Of a stretch of DNA of 51,276 nucleotides, positions 41,731 through 50,957 are shown piece by piece. The position numbers and the translations under genes are program-made. Below the pieces are notes generated by a model. The model was not told the DNA's origin, ran no database searches, and was given only the letters and a program-made list of their open reading frames with translations. This DNA is from Candidatus Kuenenia stuttgartensis. Lineage in GTDB: Bacteria > Planctomycetota > Planctomycetia > Pirellulales > UBA1268. The DNA is taken from contig CAMCCR010000003.1 in NCBI GenBank assembly GCA_945873085.1, positions 1-51,276 on the forward strand, given 5' to 3'. Within the stretch, counting starts at the first letter, position 1; each line of letters begins with the position of its first letter.

Positions 41731-42816
41731 GTGAAACCGGTGACCTTCCCGAACGCCCCCGCCTGGCTTTTGGCCGCCATCTGCCTTCTTACCGCGGCCG
41801 CCCCCGAAGCCCGCGCTCAGAGTGGCTGGCTCCCAACTTCATGGTTCAGCCAGGCGGAAGTTGATTCCAAATCGATGTATCCGCTCGCGGAACGCGACGG
41901 CCCGTGGCTCGTGCTTGCCACCACCTTCCGCGGCGAAGGGGCGAGGGACGACGCCCGGCGTCTCGTCCAGGAGTTGCGTCGCACCAACAAAATCAAGGCC
42001 TACACGCACGAGAAGTCGTTCGACTACACCGGCAGCCAACCCGGCCTCGGCCTCAACCCGGACGGTAGCCCGAAAAAGATGCGCTACGCCAATGCCGAGC
42101 AGGTCGTGGAGGTCGCCGTCCTCGTCGGTGACTTCGCGTCGTTCGACGATCCGCGCGGTCAGAAGATGCTCGCGAAAGTGAAGTCACTCAGCCCTGAAGC
42201 CCTCACCGGCAACAGTGGCAAGAGCCAGTCGTTCTCCGACTTCCGCAAGATGATCGGCCTCGAACGGACGGCCGGAAAGGGCCCGATGCACCTCGCCTTC
42301 GTGATCCCCAACCCGCTCCTGCCCGAAGACTACTTCTCCCGCCAGCAGGTCGACCGCTTCGTCCTCGACATGAACGCCGATGTGACCCACTCGCTCCTCG
42401 ACTGCCCCGGCCTCTATTCCGTGCGTGTGGCGACGTTCACCGGCTCCGGCACGTTCGATCAGAAGGCAATTGCCGCCGGCGAGGACGATGTCGAACTTGA
42501 GGGCCGGCTCGTGGAGGCGGCGGAGAAGGCCCACCGCCTCACCGCCTCGCTCCGCAAGGCGGGCTGGGAGGCCTGGGAATACCACGACCGCGAGTCGAGC
42601 ATCGTCTGCATCGGCAGCCTCGATTCCAAGACCGTTCCCGGCGCTCAGGGCGTGCCTACCATCCATCCGGAAATCGCTCGGATCGTCCGCGAACTCGGCC
42701 CCGATCCCACGCGCCTCGCCACCGGCGTGGTGCTGCCGCGAACCGTCGACGGGGTCATGCTCGACGTCCAGCCGGCGCCGATCCAGGTCCCGCGGGCCCC
42801 GGAAGGCTGGCACTGA
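41731..42816 (+). CDS. Exported protein with two SPOR-like repeats
   Basis: Signal peptide ending ARA; PWLVLATTF..ARRLVQELRR and YSVRVATF..AHRLTASLRKAGWEA..SIVCIGS. Confidence 0.7.
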   Translation: MKPVTFPNAPAWLLAAICLLTAAAPEARAQSGWLPTSWFSQAEVDSKSMYPLAERDGPWLVLATTFRGEGARDDARRLVQELRRTNKIKAYTHEKSFDYTGSQPGLGLNPDGSPKKMRYANAEQVVEVAVLVGDFASFDDPRGQKMLAKVKSLSPEALTGNSGKSQSFSDFRKMIGLERTAGKGPMHLAFVIPNPLLPEDYFSRQQVDRFVLDMNADVTHSLLDCPGLYSVRVATFTGSGTFDQKAIAAGEDDVELEGRLVEAAEKAHRLTASLRKAGWEAWEYHDRESSIVCIGSLDSKTVPGAQGVPTIHPEIARIVRELGPDPTRLATGVVLPRTVDGVMLDVQPAPIQVPRAPEGWH

Positions 42817-42834
42817 TCACCCGGGGACCGCTCG

Positions 42835-43434
42835 ATGCACGAGGAACTCGTTCTCGGGACGACCAATGCTGGAAAAGTGAGGGAACTCGCGGCACTCCTC
42901 GAGCCCCACGGCATCCGGGTCATCTCCCTGCGGGAATGCCAAGGAGCGGTGTCGGTTGATGAGACCGGGACGACCTTCGCGGCAAACGCTGACCTCAAGG
43001 CCAGCCAGCAGGCGTCCGCCCTCTCCCGTTGGGTGCTCGCCGAGGACAGCGGCCTGTGCGTCGACGCCCTTGGCGGTGCGCCGGGAATCCACTCCGCCCG
43101 CTTCTCCACTGGCGGTGACGACGCCAACAACAGCCTGCTCCTCGAGCGCCTCAAAGCATTGCCTGCCAGCGCTCGCGGAGCCCACTACGCCTGCCATGCG
43201 GCACTGGCCGATCCGCGCGGCGCCATCGTCGCTCGCTCCCAGGGCAGCTGTCACGGGAGCATTGCCACGGTGCCCGGCGGTAGCGGAGGCTTCGGGTACG
43301 ACCCGCTGTTCATCGTGCCGGAATACCATCGCAGCTTCGGAGAACTTGCCCCCGAAGTGAAGGGGGTGATCAGCCACCGGGCCCGGGCGATGCGTGCCAT
43401 CCTTCCGGCGATCCTCCGTCACCTCGCCCGCTGA
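42835..43434 (+). CDS. rdgB: Non-canonical purine NTP pyrophosphatase (RdgB/HAM1)
   Basis: TTNAGKVRE, ETGTTFAANA..K, AEDSGL, PGIHSAR, GFGYDPLF, SHRARA. Confidence 0.95.
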   Translation: MHEELVLGTTNAGKVRELAALLEPHGIRVISLRECQGAVSVDETGTTFAANADLKASQQASALSRWVLAEDSGLCVDALGGAPGIHSARFSTGGDDANNSLLLERLKALPASARGAHYACHAALADPRGAIVARSQGSCHGSIATVPGGSGGFGYDPLFIVPEYHRSFGELAPEVKGVISHRARAMRAILPAILRHLAR

Positions 43435-44563
43435 TGGCCTGCTGGTCCGAACCTGCCTTTGGAGCGGGCGCGCGATCGGAGACATCTGGCCGGGAAAGCC
43501 GATGGCGAAGGACCTCGAGCACCTCGCCGGTGCCATCCATCCTCCCTGCGACGGCGGCCAGAGCCGGCCGAAATCGGTCGAGCCCGGCGACAAACGCCTT
43601 GATCCGTTCTGCCGTCGTCTCCTCGAGAAGGCAGAAATCGCCACAGTTCATCGTGGCGAGGAAGTGCGCATTCATGAGTTGCTCGGCGTGGGCGCTCTCG
43701 GGAAGCACGAGCATCGGCTTGCCAAGTTGGAGGGCCTCACCGATCAACTGATTGCCGGCGGCGGCGACCAGCGCCCGGCATCCGATGAGGTCTTCGACAA
43801 ATCGGCTGCCGTCGATCGCATGGAACGACAACGCTCCGAACGACTCCCGTTCGCCGAGCCCGTAGACCCGCACCGGCAGTCCACAATCGGCCAGGCTCGC
43901 CAGCGTGGCAAATGGCGTATGGCGACGCAGGTAGCTGACGAGGTACCCGCGATCGTCAGGCGCCGCGCCGAGCAGATCCCGGCGCAGCAGCGGGCCGACC
44001 TGGACGACATGCTCCCACCCGCGGCGGAGGGGCGGACGGAAGAACGCCGAGACGACGGTGTCGGAGGCACCGACGGTGCACACCCACACCGCATGCCCCA
44101 TCAGCCACGCATGCCACTGGAGCGACCAGGGGAGGACGCCGAGATCGTACGCGAGGAGGAAATGCTGGTGATCGATACTCAGCAGCGGGATCCCTTGGCG
44201 AGCACAGGCCCTCGGCAGGGCAGGCTCGAAATCGGTGATCCCGAGATCGGCGCCAAAGGCCTCGAGTTCGGCCATCAGGCGATCGGTGAGCGGTCCGAGC
44301 GTCCGCGCCTGGTACTCGAGCCCCGCCGTGATCGATCGGACGACATCGAGGCGCCCTCCCGTGTACTGGAACACGAGGCCCGGGATCTCCCGCACCTCGA
44401 CATTCCCGGCCCCGGGCGGATGACGAAGCCTCAGAAACGCCAACGCATCGGCGGAGGTGTAGACAAGGATCTCGTGCTCGTCGGCCAAGTGCTCGATGAG
44501 CGTGCAGATCCGCGTCGCGTGCCCGCGTCCCTCGCCGCACAAACTGATCGCGATCCGTGCCAT
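43370..44563 (-). CDS. GT-B glycosyltransferase (MJ1255/GT28-like)
   Basis: CGEGRGHATR, ITDFEP, SIDHQH, AAAGNQLIGEALQLGKP, HAEQLMNA. Confidence 0.87.
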   Translation of the reverse strand: MARIAISLCGEGRGHATRICTLIEHLADEHEILVYTSADALAFLRLRHPPGAGNVEVREIPGLVFQYTGGRLDVVRSITAGLEYQARTLGPLTDRLMAELEAFGADLGITDFEPALPRACARQGIPLLSIDHQHFLLAYDLGVLPWSLQWHAWLMGHAVWVCTVGASDTVVSAFFRPPLRRGWEHVVQVGPLLRRDLLGAAPDDRGYLVSYLRRHTPFATLASLADCGLPVRVYGLGERESFGALSFHAIDGSRFVEDLIGCRALVAAAGNQLIGEALQLGKPMLVLPESAHAEQLMNAHFLATMNCGDFCLLEETTAERIKAFVAGLDRFRPALAAVAGRMDGTGEVLEVLRHRLSRPDVSDRAPAPKAGSDQQAISGRGDGGSPEGWHASPGPGG

Positions 44564-44797
44564 GCCGTGGCGCCTCCAACCATCCGTCCTCGTCGCGCTT
44601 CCTCCAGCCCCTCCGGAGCCGCACCACCCGACGATTGTGCCGCCCAGCCTGTCCGGAGGCCAGTTGAACGCAAGGCGGTGCCGCAACCGGGCCCGCGCTT
44701 CTGAGGCGGGACACGATCCGATACGATGGATCCCGGGGTCGGCCGGGACCCAGCCGCGCGATGCCCAGACACGATATGGTCCCATCATGAGGGGGCG

Positions 44798-45847
44798 ATG
44801 AACACCCTGCGCACGCAGAACCTCCGACGGCTGCGGTCGGTGCCGATCCTTCTCCTCCTCCTTGGCGTGCTGACCGCACTCGCTGGCCCGAACGCCTCGA
44901 GCCAGGACACCGAACCAACCGCTGCAGAAGAGACTGAACCGGCAGCTGAATCGGAGGCCAAGACCGAGGTCATCGCCACCGTGGGGACCACCCGGCTGAC
45001 CCGTGCCGACCTCGAGCAGGCGGTGCGGCGACGGAGCGGTGGACGTCCGGTCCCCGCCGAACAGCAAGACCGTCTCCAGGCCCTAGCCGTGGGAGACCTC
45101 GTGGAACAGGCGCTTCTTCGGGCAGAGATCGAGCGCCGCCAGGTCGAGGTGACCGATGGCGAGATCAATGATCAGATCGCCCAGCTCTCCACGGAACTCA
45201 CCGCCCGGCAGTCGAGTCTCGATGCGTTCCTCGCCGGCGCCGGTCTCGACCACGAGGGCCTGCGTGAACAGGTGCGTTTCGATATCGCCGTGCCGAAAGT
45301 CATCCTCCCGATGATCACGGAGGATGTCATGCGGCAGGTCCTCGCGATGCACCGCTATGACTTCGACGGCACCCGCGTCCGCGCCAGCCACATCATCCTC
45401 CGCCCCGAGGCGAGTTCTGGCCCGAATGCCATCACCGCGGTGCTCGCCCGAGCCGAACGGATTCGCGCCGATATCCTCGCCGAAGAACTCACCTTCGCCG
45501 AAGCGGCCGAGCGGTATTCCGCCGGCCCGAGTCGGCATCGGGGGGGAGATCTCGGCTTCCTGCCGCGGCATGGCCTGCTCTCCGAGGAGTTCGCGGCCCA
45601 GGTGTTCAAGCTCACCAAGGGGGAGGTTTCGAAGCCGTTCGTGACCCCGTTGGGAGTTCATGTGGCCAAGGTCACCGACGTCGATCCTGGCACAGTCGCG
45701 CCGGAGACGTTCCGCAAGCCCCTGGAGCAACTCGCCTTCCAGAAGGTCCTCCAGGCATTCGTCATCCATTGCCGTCAGCAAACCCCGATCGAACTCAAGC
45801 CCGGGATCGTGGCCGCCGATCCCCGCGCCCCCGGGCCCCGTCCTTAG
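44798..45847 (+). CDS. PpiC-type peptidyl-prolyl isomerase (SurA/PrsA-like)
   Basis: Signal peptide, SurA-N-like helices, VRASHII, FAEAAERYS, GGDLGF, GEVSKPFVTPLGVH. Confidence 0.9.
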   Translation: MNTLRTQNLRRLRSVPILLLLLGVLTALAGPNASSQDTEPTAAEETEPAAESEAKTEVIATVGTTRLTRADLEQAVRRRSGGRPVPAEQQDRLQALAVGDLVEQALLRAEIERRQVEVTDGEINDQIAQLSTELTARQSSLDAFLAGAGLDHEGLREQVRFDIAVPKVILPMITEDVMRQVLAMHRYDFDGTRVRASHIILRPEASSGPNAITAVLARAERIRADILAEELTFAEAAERYSAGPSRHRGGDLGFLPRHGLLSEEFAAQVFKLTKGEVSKPFVTPLGVHVAKVTDVDPGTVAPETFRKPLEQLAFQKVLQAFVIHCRQQTPIELKPGIVAADPRAPGPRP

Positions 45848-46066
45848 CTGGCGGAGGGAGGGAGCCCCCTTGGTCTTTTTCCCGAGGCCGGGCTTTGCCA
45901 GCCTGTCAGACCGCACGGAACCCCGCCCCATTCAGGATTGTCCCGATCGGGCGGCCGGACTACCTTCCCTCCCCCGACACCCCACCGGCAGGCCTGAGCT
46001 GAAGAGCGGCCTCTTCACTGGTCAGCCCACCCCGGGAACCTCCGTCGTTCGGACGCCGATCCCGTC

Positions 46067-46741
46067 ATGAAGCTCCGTTCCGCCTTGCTGATCGCGTGCC
46101 TGATCGTGGTGCCTCTGCTGGCCATGTTCTCGCACAAAGTCCCGACCGCGACCCGGGCAGCGATCCGGGAACGCTTCTGGGACCCGATGATCAGGCCACT
46201 GGCGTCGGCCCTCGGCTTGGGTGCCACTTCCCCAACCAGCCCCGCCCCCCGGCAAGCCGCCGCCTCTCCGGTGGAGGAAGCCTTCCCGGGCCCACCGAGA
46301 GCGTTTGCCAGCAGCGGATCGGCTTCGACCGATATCGGGCCAGCGGCGGCCGATCCCCTCCAGCCTCTCCAAGCAACTCGGGCGACGGGCCTGCGCGAGC
46401 CCGATACGGCCATCGCTGGCAACACCCCGCCGCCGGCGATCCTCCTCGGCTCGGACGACTCGCTGCCGATCGGCGGGGCGACGGGCCGGGAATCGCTCGA
46501 GGCCCGCCTCCGGGCCCTCGGGGCCACAAGGATCGACTGGACACCGGGTCAGGGGGGCGACGGTCTCCATCGCTGCAGCTGCCGCATTCCCGCTGAACCT
46601 TCGGGTCAGCTTCACCGCATCTTCCAGGCAGCCGCCACCGACCCAGTGGCCGCGCTCGACAATCTCGTTGGCCAGGTCACGGCTTGGTCGATGCGGAGCG
46701 GGGGCACCGCAGCGAGCCCGGCGATGCCCCTGCAGCGCTGA
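46067..46741 (+). CDS. Hypothetical membrane-anchored protein with Pro/Ala linker and small C-terminal domain
   Basis: N-terminal TM LLIACLIVVPLLAMF; low-complexity linker; globular C-terminus. Confidence 0.7.
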   Translation: MKLRSALLIACLIVVPLLAMFSHKVPTATRAAIRERFWDPMIRPLASALGLGATSPTSPAPRQAAASPVEEAFPGPPRAFASSGSASTDIGPAAADPLQPLQATRATGLREPDTAIAGNTPPPAILLGSDDSLPIGGATGRESLEARLRALGATRIDWTPGQGGDGLHRCSCRIPAEPSGQLHRIFQAAATDPVAALDNLVGQVTAWSMRSGGTAASPAMPLQR

Positions 46742-46758
46742 TCGGGGGAGATCTCGCC

Positions 46759-47529
46759 ATGCTGCTCCAACGTCGGGCTTCGAATCGACTCCCCGACCTT
46801 TTCCAACGCCGAGCGGCATCCGGCCGGGGGCCTCGGCCCTGCCTCGCCCCCATCCGAAGGCAGCGTCTACTGACGACTCCCACCAGGCCCCCCGTGGGGC
46901 TGGCAGAGGCCGAACCGGGGCCTCACGCCCGTTCGGAGGAGCTGGCCCGTCTGGAGGCGGCCTTGTTCATCGCCCGCGAGCCGCTCTCCACACGACGGCT
47001 GGCAAAAATCGCCCGGCTCTCCGACGGCACCCGTGCCCGGGCACTCCTCCGGGAACTGGCTGCCGTTCAGGACGCCAGCGGCAGCGCCATCCGGGTCGAG
47101 CCGATCGCCGGCGGCTTCCAACTCCTCACCCGCTCACCGTTCGGCCCGTGGGTCCGCAGACTCCTGACGACACCGGCGGAAAACCGGCTGTCGGCGGCGG
47201 CACTCGAGACGCTGGCGATCGTGGCCTACCGTCAGCCGGTGACCCGGGCGGAAATCGAAGCCATTCGCGGGGTCGGGTGCGAGGAGATGCTGCGTCAACT
47301 CATGGAAAGGGATCTGGTCGCGGTCGGAGGGAGGAGCGAGGAACTTGGTCGTCCCAACGTCTACCAGACCACGAAGCGATTTCTGCGGGCCTTTGGGCTG
47401 TCCCGCATCGAGGATCTGCCCGACATTGGCCCGGTCACGACGCTCGACCCGACCGTCTCCCCTAACCCCGGCGGTCAGGAGCCCCCCGGCCCACCGGCAC
47501 CCGGCTCCCCCTCGTCCGAGCGCTCTTGA
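46759..47529 (+). CDS. scpB: SMC-Scp complex subunit ScpB
   Basis: LEAALFI, IAGGFQLLT, LSAAALETLAIVAYRQPVTRAEIEAIRGV, GRPNVYQTTKRFLRAFGL. Confidence 0.95.
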   Translation: MLLQRRASNRLPDLFQRRAASGRGPRPCLAPIRRQRLLTTPTRPPVGLAEAEPGPHARSEELARLEAALFIAREPLSTRRLAKIARLSDGTRARALLRELAAVQDASGSAIRVEPIAGGFQLLTRSPFGPWVRRLLTTPAENRLSAAALETLAIVAYRQPVTRAEIEAIRGVGCEEMLRQLMERDLVAVGGRSEELGRPNVYQTTKRFLRAFGLSRIEDLPDIGPVTTLDPTVSPNPGGQEPPGPPAPGSPSSERS

Positions 47530-47555
47530 GCAATTTTTCATGCCCCTCGCCCCGC

Positions 47556-47584
47556 TTGCACTCCATCGAACCTGCGGCGACACT
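47556..47584 (+). promoter_or_regulatory. Putative sigma70 promoter
   Basis: TTGCAC-N17-GACACT, similar to the promoter upstream of the tRNA operon. Confidence 0.45.
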
Positions 47585-47900
47585 TTCCCGGTCCCGCGAC
47601 CGTGCTTCGGAAGCCCAGCCGTCCCCGGTTCACGAATTTTTTTCCGAAGGTTGGATGATTCCGCACGATCGGGTACAGAATTGTGCGAAGGAATCTGCCG
47701 ATACTCGGACGACTGCCCGGCAACATGCCCGATCCAACGCTTCTCACGGCGGGAAGCCCATCCGGGAATCATCGACGATTCACACCAACGGATACGCAGC
47801 GATGATGGCATCAACACCGACAACTCAACGTGGATCGTTATCGTCTGACCGTTCACCGTCCGTCGCAGGGCCTGTGAACAGACTCGAGGGAGGTTTTTCA

Positions 47901-48326
47901 GTGACCAGCGTTGCGAGCCCCAGGGGATCCCGAAGCGTGTTGAACTCCGACGTGTTTTGCTGGGATGAACTTCCCGATTTGCTCGCCGCCGAGGAGCTCT
48001 TCGAGATTGCCGGCAACCGCAACTCGACGTCGCCGATCGTCGGCAAGCAGGATGACGACGAGGACGATGACGACCTCGAGGATGACGACGACGATGATGA
48101 CGATGACGAGGAAGAAGACGATCTCGAGGACGACGACTGGGAAGAGGTTGAGGACGAGGACGAAGAAGAGGACGACGAAGAAGAGGAAGAGGACGAGGAA
48201 GAAGACGACGAAGAGGATGAAGAAGAAGGGGACGATGACGAGGAGTGGGAAGACGACGACGAAGAGTGGGATGACGAGGACGAAGAGGACGAAGACGAAG
48301 ACGAGGAAGAAGACGACGACGACTGA
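47901..48326 (+). CDS. Hyper-acidic protein (141 aa; last 91 aa are 84 Asp/Glu)
   Basis: Strong SD GAGGGAGG before GTG 47901; mixed GAC/GAT/GAA/GAG codons; intrinsic terminator downstream. Confidence 0.75.
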   Translation: MTSVASPRGSRSVLNSDVFCWDELPDLLAAEELFEIAGNRNSTSPIVGKQDDDEDDDDLEDDDDDDDDDEEEDDLEDDDWEEVEDEDEEEDDEEEEEDEEEDDEEDEEEGDDDEEWEDDDEEWDDEDEEDEDEDEEEDDDD

Positions 48327-48392
48327 CTTCCGCCACGCCTGATTCCGCCGTCATCCGCTCAAATATCGCGCGGTATCGCCGCCACAGCATTC

Positions 48393-48437
48393 AAGCGACC
48401 CTGGAGACGCTCAGCGTGTCTCCGGGGTCGCTTTTTT
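48393..48437 (+). terminator. Rho-independent terminator
   Basis: AAGCGACCCTGGAGACGC / GTGTCTCCGGGGTCGCTT stem running into a T6 tract. Confidence 0.85.
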
Positions 48438-48554
48438 AATATTCTGGCGGAAGCGGGTACGGCTAAGGGCTGCGGCCACGGGCTGTCGTCGGGCCGGCCT
48501 CAAACCGGAGTAGGCCCCGTCATTTCGTGGCCTTTCTTCCCATCGGCCGCAACC

Positions 48555-49904
48555 TCATGGCACCCGAGCCGGTTCGGTGCCAGCCGCGGGTGCCGCGGGC
48601 CCCTCATCCCCCGTCGACGCAGGTGTCTCCCCGCTGACAACCTGGACCTCGAGGATTCGCCCGGCGCGGTCGATCTGCAGCGTCAGGGCATCGCTTGCCG
48701 ACGCCATCCGCTGGAGCATCGTTGCCTGCGTGGCGAACGGCTCTCCATCGATGGCGATGATCCGGTCACCACAGCGCAGGCCGGCACGCTCGAGGGGGGA
48801 TTCAGGCACGACACGAACGACGATCGGTGCCGACGGATCGCCGGCATCGGACCGGGTGCTCATGCCCCACCGCACGCGCTGCTCCACTGGCGCCGCCGGG
48901 AGAACGCGTTCGAGCGCGTCACGGTGGGCATTCTTCTCCCGGCGACTGGCGTCACGGAAGCCGGCCAGCGTCCCCGGCCGGTCAGCCACGGCCATCACCA
49001 CACCCATGGCCAGCCGCGCCACCGTCTCGACCCCCGCGGTGTTCACCAGTTGCACATCGTCACTGGGGCGGTGGTACTCGTCATGGAGCCCGGTGTGGAG
49101 CATGACGGTGGGCACGCGGGATTCGATGAACGGGAAGTGGTCGGAATCGTCGACGATGTCCCAGTCGAAGATGAGTTCCAGCCCCGCCTCCCGATTCGTC
49201 TCGGTGAGAATCCTCCGCAGGCCGGTCATGGTTCTGCCGCCGTAGATCTCGACACGCTCGCCGCGAAGCCGGCCGATCATATCGAGGTTGACCACGAACA
49301 CCGGCCGCAGGTCACGGAGTGGCTGAGGACGGACACGGACGAAGTGCCACGAGCCGAGCAGTCCCTTCTCCTCCCCGTCCCAGAAGGCGAGGAGCACCGG
49401 CCGCCGCGGCTTGGCAGGCATCGCCTGAAGCACCTCGGCGATCTCGAGCACCCCGGCGACCCCCGAAGCGTTGTCGTCGGCGCCGTTGTGGATCAGTCCC
49501 GTCGGGCCGTAGCTGTTGGCGGCCGTGCCGTAGCCGACGTGATCGTAATGGGCCCCCACGACGACCAACTCCCGTGCGCAGGCTGGGTCGCTGCCCGGCA
49601 CCAGGGCGAGGATGTTCCGCATCGTCCCGAACCGCTGGTAGTAGGTTCCCTCGTCCCCGGCCGGCCGGAGGCCGGCGTTGCGGAGCGTCTCGACGATGTA
49701 GGCGCCGGCGGCCCGCCCTCCTCGGCTCCCCCCCTCGCGTCCCTCGAGGGCGTCATCGGCGAGGGCGGCCACATGACGGCCGGCCCCCGCGGCGTCGATC
49801 ACCGACACCGCTTCCGCAGCGTGGCCCCGTTCCCCTCCGAGCAGGCCAGCCGACAGAATGAACCATCCCAAGGCAATCGCCGGGAAAACCGTCCGCACGT
49901 CCAT
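48555..49904 (-). CDS. M28 family metallopeptidase with C-terminal PDZ domain
   Basis: Signal peptide, GAHYDH, GADDNASG, GEEKGLLGS, NLDMIG, SDH, YHRPSD, PDZ SPLERAGLRCGDRIIAIDG. Confidence 0.92.
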   Translation of the reverse strand: MDVRTVFPAIALGWFILSAGLLGGERGHAAEAVSVIDAAGAGRHVAALADDALEGREGGSRGGRAAGAYIVETLRNAGLRPAGDEGTYYQRFGTMRNILALVPGSDPACARELVVVGAHYDHVGYGTAANSYGPTGLIHNGADDNASGVAGVLEIAEVLQAMPAKPRRPVLLAFWDGEEKGLLGSWHFVRVRPQPLRDLRPVFVVNLDMIGRLRGERVEIYGGRTMTGLRRILTETNREAGLELIFDWDIVDDSDHFPFIESRVPTVMLHTGLHDEYHRPSDDVQLVNTAGVETVARLAMGVVMAVADRPGTLAGFRDASRREKNAHRDALERVLPAAPVEQRVRWGMSTRSDAGDPSAPIVVRVVPESPLERAGLRCGDRIIAIDGEPFATQATMLQRMASASDALTLQIDRAGRILEVQVVSGETPASTGDEGPAAPAAGTEPARVP

Positions 49905-50090
49905 GATCCAGGCACTCCGAATGACCGCCCCGGCCCCCTTCGACAACACCCCCCACACGGGAGGGGTTTCGGAGGAACGCCCCGCGACCCACAATGGCCC
50001 CTCCAGTGGACTTCGCTCCCAGAGCGACGGCAAGGTGAGTCCGGTGATCATCCGGGCATCCTGGCCGGGCTCTTCGCGGTCCTTGGGTGA

Positions 50091-50180
50091 GGAGAGGTGG
50101 CAGAGCGGTCGAATGCGCGTCTTTGCTAAAGACGTGTCCGGTCAAAAGCTGGACCGCGGGTTCGAATCCCGCCCTCTCCG
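50091..50180 (+). tRNA. tRNA-Ser(GCT)
   Basis: Acceptor GGAGAGG/CCTCTCC + G73, anticodon arm CGTCT-TTGCTAA-AGACG, long variable arm, GTTCGAATC. Confidence 0.96.
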
Positions 50181-50957
50181 TTTGGTGAAGAACGTCGAAG
50201 CGAATATGCCCTGTTTCCAGGGCTTCTTGAAAAGCGAGTCATTGTTGACCTCCGTGACTTTGCTGATCAACCACCAGCCCCGCGACCGCCGCGGGGTGAC
50301 TTTGCTGAAACTTTGCTGATGCCCCGCCGCCCCCGGGCGGGTTTGGCGGCACGCCTGGCGGCTCTCGGCCAACTGCTGTTTGGTCACCTGGGCCTCTTTG
50401 TCCGCGATGTGGACGTAATTTTTGAGCGCCTCCTCGTCGATGTGGCCGCCCCAGCGACGGAGGGTGAAAAAGTTCACCCCGCTGAGGACGGCGATCGTGC
50501 AGAAGGAGTGCCGGAACTTGTGGTTGGTGTCCTCGAGGCCGAGCTTCGCGAGCACGGTCGTAAGATAGGCCAGGATGTGGCGGTCGTTGGCGGGCTGGTT
50601 CGCGGTGGCGGCGGTGCCGTTCATCCGGTCGATCACCCATCGGCGGCGGCGGGGTAGGCCCCGAAGCATGGCGACGGCTCGGGGCGAGAGCGGCACGGCC
50701 CGCTGCTCGCCGTTCTTGGGCCCCCAGGGCCGGGCACCGGGCACAACCTCCTTCGGCCGGATATGGACGACGGGCGTTGGCCCGTCCAGGGTCAGATCGT
50801 CGTGCGTCAGGTGGACGACCTCGCCGATCCGCATGCCGGTCTCGGCCATCAGCAGGAACGCGGCCTTGTAGGGGCCCCTGGCTGCCTCCACGATCGCGTC
50901 GAGCTGCGCAAGCGTGGCGAGAGTCCCGCCCAGAAACGGCAGGGCCCAGGCCGACAC
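50142..50957 (-). pseudogene. Tyrosine recombinase/integrase, catalytic domain only (N-terminally truncated)
   Basis: TGMRIGE (R), PKNG (K), HKFRH, GH, NYVH (Y). No core-binding domain; the frame is closed by TGA at 51084-51086 with no upstream start. Confidence 0.75.
50254..50319. repeat. Three direct copies of ACTTTGCTGA (putative integrase arm-type sites)
   Basis: 50257-50266, 50299-50308, 50310-50319; the first two extend to GTGACTTTGCTGA. Confidence 0.7.

Noticed and set aside
43370-43434. Convergent 3' overlaps (rdgB/glycosyltransferase; also 38075-38113)
   Set aside because: Common in GC-rich genomes where stop codons are rare; the overlapping tails are low-information.
47134-48390. 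418-aa minus-strand poly-Arg/Pro/Leu ORF and the +frame Thr/Lys/Arg ORF at 47965-48342
   Set aside because: Alternative readings of the D/E tract. Variation falls on the third position of GAN codons, and the SD fits the acidic frame.
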